Shown piece after piece: positions 60,047 to 64,000 of a stretch of 64,000 bases of DNA. The stretch comes from Planctomycetota bacterium (GTDB lineage Bacteria; Planctomycetota; B15-G4; SIAN01). The translations under genes were made by a program, and so were the position numbers. The notes under the pieces were generated by a model. The model had not been told where the DNA came from. It saw only the letters and a program-made list of their open reading frames with translations, and made no database searches. Location: contig JANNXA010000049.1 in assembly GCA_031409275.1 (NCBI GenBank), forward strand, positions 1-64,000, given 5' to 3'. Positions within the stretch are counted from its first letter, which is position 1, and each line of letters begins with the position of its first letter.

Positions 60047-61273
60047 CTACTGCGATGCCGGCTCGACCAGCGCCGCATGGGCGCGCCCGAGCGCGAGCGC
60101 GGCGAACGCGGTCGCGTACGGCTTCGTGTAGTCGGAGAAGTAGTAGTCCCAGCAGGCGCCGTCGTCGCCCTGCGTCTTCAGGACCTCGAACGCGAGCTTG
60201 CCGGCGGTGTCGCGCCGCAGCGCCGGCGGCAGTTCGGGAAGCAGCTCCCCCAGGTAGCAGTGGCCGAAGAAATAGAAGTAGCCCGAGTTCAAGTGATAGG
60301 CCTCGTGCGGGGTCGGTCGCATGCGCGCGCAGTCGAGGTAGGCGTGATGGCGGAAGAAGAGGTCGACGCCGCGTGCCAGCGTCGTCGCATTGGCCGGCAT
60401 GCCGCCGCGACGCAACGCCAGCTCGCAGACCGGAATGCGGCAAAGCGAGCCGCGCGGATCGTTGATCCCCTCGGGACCGTCGGGTTCCGGCAGGGCCATC
60501 ACGTCGTAGGTGAAGGCTCCGCTCGGCAACCGGCAACGTGCCACGGCACGCACCGCGCCCGCGTAGCGGTGGTCATCGAAGGCATGTCCCGCCGCGCGCG
60601 CCGCGTCGATCGCCAGCACCATCGCCGCGGTCGTGAAGGAGGTCGACCACTGCGGCCGCCACGCGTCGATCTGATCGGCGTAGTAGGCGTAGCCGCCATT
60701 GGGCGATTGATAGGCGGCGATGCGCTCCAGCAGGCGGTCGAGCGCCGCGTCGATTGGCGCGCGACGGGATCCCTCGGCAAACCAAGGATGGAGCACCGCC
60801 ACCGCCAGCGCGTGCGTCCCGTAGAGCATTCCCCACACCTGGTCGGTGTCCCAGTCGTCGCAGCGGCGCAGGTCGTGATTCGCCACCAGGTAATCGACCG
60901 CGCGTTCGACCTGCGTCCTGCATGCAGCATCGTTGCCGCCGTGGCGCAGCAGCGCCATGACCGCCAACCCGGTCGTCGCCACCGTCCAGCCGCGATGCGC
61001 TTCGAAGTTCGCCCACGTCTCGTGCGCGAACATGTTGCCGCTGCCGCCGAATGCGCCGCTCTCCTTCTGCGCACCGCGCAGGTAGGCGATCGCGCGCTCG
61101 AGTCCCGCGGCGACCGCGTCGGCGCTCGGTGCGGCGCTGCGGATCGCGAGCGGCGGCACCGCTCGACCGCGCGCGACTTCTCGAGTGGCCGTGGGCCCGG
61201 CCGGCGACTGCGCGCCTGCCTGGTTCGCCGCGCACGCGGCCAGCAACGCGAGCGCGCAGCCGCGCCGAATCAC
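60047..61273 (-). CDS. exported prenyltransferase/squalene-cyclase-repeat (alpha/alpha toroid) protein
   Basis: Signal/lipobox-like LLAAC; QW-like repeats YLRGAQKESGAF, YQSPNGGY, TQGDDGACW. Confidence 0.75.
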   Translation of the reverse strand: MIRRGCALALLAACAANQAGAQSPAGPTATREVARGRAVPPLAIRSAAPSADAVAAGLERAIAYLRGAQKESGAFGGSGNMFAHETWANFEAHRGWTVATTGLAVMALLRHGGNDAACRTQVERAVDYLVANHDLRRCDDWDTDQVWGMLYGTHALAVAVLHPWFAEGSRRAPIDAALDRLLERIAAYQSPNGGYAYYADQIDAWRPQWSTSFTTAAMVLAIDAARAAGHAFDDHRYAGAVRAVARCRLPSGAFTYDVMALPEPDGPEGINDPRGSLCRIPVCELALRRGGMPANATTLARGVDLFFRHHAYLDCARMRPTPHEAYHLNSGYFYFFGHCYLGELLPELPPALRRDTAGKLAFEVLKTQGDDGACWDYYFSDYTKPYATAFAALALGRAHAALVEPASQ

Positions 61274-61959
61274 GATTCGTCCGTGGCGGCTTCGGCCAGC
61301 GCTTCCTGCGCGTCGAGCAGCGCGTGCTCCGCCTGCAGCCGCTCGATCTGCTTGGCGTTCCATTCGACGCGCGCGTCGCGGCGAGCGGTGGCGAGCGCCC
61401 GCTCCTTCTCGGCGACTGTCGCGGCGAGCGCCTCGTTCTCGGCCGGCTGCTCCGCTTCGACCAGCAGCGCGAGGGCGCGGCGGGCGATGTCGAGTTCGGC
61501 GCGTGCCTGCGCGAGGCGGCGTTCGCTGCGCGCGATCACCATCTCGCGCGTCTGGTCGGCGAGGTCCTGTTCGGCGTACATGAGCTTCAGCTGACTGAGT
61601 TCCTCTTCGACCTCGTGCACCTGCGTCTCCTGGCCGCGCAACTCGAGTTCCGCCGTCGAGCGCGCAAGCGGCGCGGCGCGGTCGACGTGGATCGACAGGG
61701 CGCGAGTCGCGGCCGCCAGTTCGGTCTCGGCCGCGGCGATCTCCGCAGCGCTCGCCTCTTGCGCCGCTCGGTTCGCGAGTTCGACCTGCGCGAGTTGTTG
61801 CTTCGCGAGCTCGACCGCGCGCGCGAGAGCCGCGTGGCCCGACTCCGCTTTCGTCTCGGTTCCGGTGTCCTCCTCCGCCCGGTCTGGAATCGTCGGCGAG
61901 GCGCATCCCGCGAGGGCGCAAATCAAGACGAGGGCGGTGGATCGGCAGGGGCGATGCAT
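61270..61959 (-). CDS. coiled-coil lipoprotein
   Basis: Lipobox LAGC; Ala/Glu-rich heptads; GTGA overlap with downstream gene. Confidence 0.75.
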   Translation of the reverse strand: MHRPCRSTALVLICALAGCASPTIPDRAEEDTGTETKAESGHAALARAVELAKQQLAQVELANRAAQEASAAEIAAAETELAAATRALSIHVDRAAPLARSTAELELRGQETQVHEVEEELSQLKLMYAEQDLADQTREMVIARSERRLAQARAELDIARRALALLVEAEQPAENEALAATVAEKERALATARRDARVEWNAKQIERLQAEHALLDAQEALAEAATDES

Positions 61960-62270
61960 GAGGACCTCTCGTGGGGTGAAGCTGCGGCGAGTCGAGCCGT
62001 CGAACCGATGCGGGAGCGTAACCGCTGCAAGTCGTCGATGAGCTCGACCGCCTGGGCTGCGGCTTGTCCGATCAACTGCCCGAGCTCGGGATCGCCCTGG
62101 CGGTCCCGCAGTCGTGCGAGAGTCGCGTGCGCAAGGCGAAGCGCGCGGTCGACCTCTGCGGGCCGGAGCGCGCGCCGGCAGCCGGGATGGGTGGTGATCC
62201 CCTGGCGCGCGCGCCGCGCGCCGAGCGGCTTGGCGCAGATCGAGCAGTGGGAGGCATCGGGGAGCCGCAT
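61923..62270 (-). CDS. hypothetical protein with CxxC...HxxC zinc-finger-like motif
   Basis: CSIC...HPGC then helices; fills the gap between DJ-1 and lipoprotein genes. Confidence 0.5.
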   Translation of the reverse strand: MRLPDASHCSICAKPLGARRARQGITTHPGCRRALRPAEVDRALRLAHATLARLRDRQGDPELGQLIGQAAAQAVELIDDLQRLRSRIGSTARLAAASPHERSSCIAPADPPPSS

Positions 62271-62284
62271 CGTCTGCGCCGCGG

Positions 62285-62851
62285 TCAGGAAGCCAGCATC
62301 GGTGCCGCGACCGCCGCTGCCTTTTCCGCGCCGCACAACGCCTTCACGACGGCGAGCGCGAACTCGAGCGCGGTGCCGGGGCCGCGACTCGTCAGCACGC
62401 GGCCGTCGTGGACCACTCGCTCCTCGCGGTAGCGCGCGCGCGGCAACTCCTGCTGCACGGCCGGGTGGCTCGTGTAGGTGGCGTCGTGCAGTACTCCCGC
62501 GGCGAGCAGCGCGACGGGGGCGGCGCAGATCGCCGCGAGCAGGCAGCTGGCCGCATCGCCCTCTCGCAGCAGTCGCTGCGCGTCGCCATCGCTCGCCAGC
62601 GTTCGCGCGTTGCGCATGCCGCCCGGCAGCACCAGGGCGGCGAAGTCGCCACCACGCAGGCCGGCGAGCTTGCCGTCGCTCTCGATGCGCAGGTCGTGGG
62701 CACCGGTCAGCGTGGTGCCGCCGGGGCTCGCCAGCAGGACGGCAAGGCCGGCGCGTCGCAACACGTCGACGACGGTCACCATCTCGATCTCTTCGAAACC
62801 GTCGGCGCAAAGGACGAGGACGCGCGGCGCGGTGGGAGCGGGCGAGTTCAT
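62285..62851 (-). CDS. DJ-1/PfpI (YajL/ThiJ) family protein
   Basis: GFEEIE, LPGG, AAICAAP, TSRGPGT. Confidence 0.92.
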   Translation of the reverse strand: MNSPAPTAPRVLVLCADGFEEIEMVTVVDVLRRAGLAVLLASPGGTTLTGAHDLRIESDGKLAGLRGGDFAALVLPGGMRNARTLASDGDAQRLLREGDAASCLLAAICAAPVALLAAGVLHDATYTSHPAVQQELPRARYREERVVHDGRVLTSRGPGTALEFALAVVKALCGAEKAAAVAAPMLAS

Positions 62852-63098
62852 GGTGGCGCTTCATACTGCGCTGCGGGCAGCGCGTGCAACGCGCGCGAGC
62901 GAGTCGTGGACAACTTGCGCGCAAGATCGCTGCGTCGCGCGCGCATCAGCGCCGCGTCGGCAACTGCCCTCTTTCCCTCGCCGAACGCGTCGCTAAGACA
63001 CCGCGCCGCTGCACGCGGACCGAGCCGCGCCCGATGGCGGTCGCGCCTCGGTCCGCGCCGCAGCGACCTGTTCTGCCACCCCCTTCGCGGGCTGCTCC

Positions 63099-64000
63099 AT
63101 GCGAGTGCGCGCCTCCGGTACGTTCCGCCGCTACTACGTCGACTTGCGCGGCTTCGAGGGCGGTGCCAGACGGTTGCGCGATGACGGCGAGGCGCTCGAG
63201 AAACGGCTCCAGGCGCAACGTTTCCGTTCGATCGATCAGGCCGGCAGCGAGGTCAACTCGGTCGGCTGGTGTCGCGGCGACGGCACCACGCCGCGCGGCT
63301 TCGTGGCCGAGGATCAGTGGCTCGGCAAGGTCTTCGGCGCCACCCTTCGCATCGATCAGAAGAAGCTCCCGGCCGGCGCGCTGCGCGTGCGCCGCATGGA
63401 GGCGGAGGCCGCCGAGCGCCGTGAGGCGGGGGAGCGGATCCCTCCGGCCCGCCGCCGCGAGATCGTCGAGAAGCTCGAAGCGGAGCTGATGGCGCGGATG
63501 GTGCCATCGACAGCGCTCTATTCGATGTACTGGCTGCCCGAGCGCGGCCAGCTCCTGCTGAACGCCTCTGCCGACGCGGCCAACGTCGCCTTCCGCGCCC
63601 TCTTCCGCGAGACGTTCGAGCTCGCACCCGAACCGGTGCCGACCGCGACCCTCGCCGGACAGCTCATCTCGGCGAAGAAACTCGCCGATCTTGCTCCCGC
63701 GATCTTCGTCGATGGCGGCGTCGCGATCGTCGGCGACTCGGCCGCCTTTCTCGGCGGCGAGTTCCTGCTGTGGCTCTGGTACCAGTGCGAGACCGCGGGC
63801 GGCAAATTCGAGCTGCCCGAACTCGGCGAAGTGGGGGTCGCCTTCGACGCGCTGCTCGAGTTCGGCGGCGCCGAGGAGGGCGGCAAGGTGATCGTGCGCG
63901 GCGACGCGCCGACCCGCTCGACGGAAGCCGCTTCGGCGTTGTTGGCCGGTCGCATGCCGCAGCGCGCGCGCCTGGCGTTGGCGCGTGGCGACATGACCTT
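63099..64000 (+). CDS. RdgC-like recombination-associated protein (partial, runs off right edge; not in ORF track)
   Basis: Open frame MRVRASGTFRRYYV...FRSIDQ...SVGW...LRIDQKKLP...FLGGEFLLWLWY. Confidence 0.7.
   Translation, partial: MRVRASGTFRRYYVDLRGFEGGARRLRDDGEALEKRLQAQRFRSIDQAGSEVNSVGWCRGDGTTPRGFVAEDQWLGKVFGATLRIDQKKLPAGALRVRRMEAEAAERREAGERIPPARRREIVEKLEAELMARMVPSTALYSMYWLPERGQLLLNASADAANVAFRALFRETFELAPEPVPTATLAGQLISAKKLADLAPAIFVDGGVAIVGDSAAFLGGEFLLWLWYQCETAGGKFELPELGEVGVAFDALLEFGGAEEGGKVIVRGDAPTRSTEAASALLAGRMPQRARLALARGDMT

Overview
This is a bacterial window, probably from a Planctomycetota-like organism (inference from the gene repertoire only), in two compositionally distinct parts. 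(1) 1-~10.8 kb is visibly lower in GC and looks like the end of an integrated plasmid-like element. It carries the 3' end of parA plus a small partner, a RepL-type gene next to an iteron/AT-rich origin-like tract, an ankyrin gene, a SIR2-domain protein, a Phd/ParE toxin-antitoxin pair and an OLD-family nuclease. It also has a tyrosine recombinase with a dif-like site, a four-gene orphan cassette (two paralogous beta-rich proteins, a bacteriocin-like protein, a small membrane protein) and a 207-bp relic of a second recombinase. (2) ~10.9-64 kb is GC-rich host chromosome and contains three candidate undescribed systems. (a) A B12-radical SAM enzyme with a C-terminal PqqD/RRE-like domain is followed by two short peptides sharing an LD[FL]x[IV]xEI leader-like motif; one of them (59 aa) is missing from the ORF track. 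(b) A surface-glycan cluster contains a proline-activating A domain (code DLFYLALVCK), a carrier protein and an AnaB/PltE-type prolyl-carrier dehydrogenase coupled to an MBOAT and an SGNH protein. This resembles a Dlt/AlgIJ-like route that could put pyrrole- or pyrroline-carboxyl groups on a sulfated polysaccharide. (c) A sat-cysC (PAPS) operon sits with three AlkP/NPP-superfamily paralogues of different predicted topology, a DUF106/Oxa1-like membrane protein and recurrent Tyr-containing micro-motifs (C-terminal LxxLGY[LI], N-terminal YIGPG), suggesting a trans-envelope sulfation relay. All functional calls come from motif reading by eye; no database searches were run.
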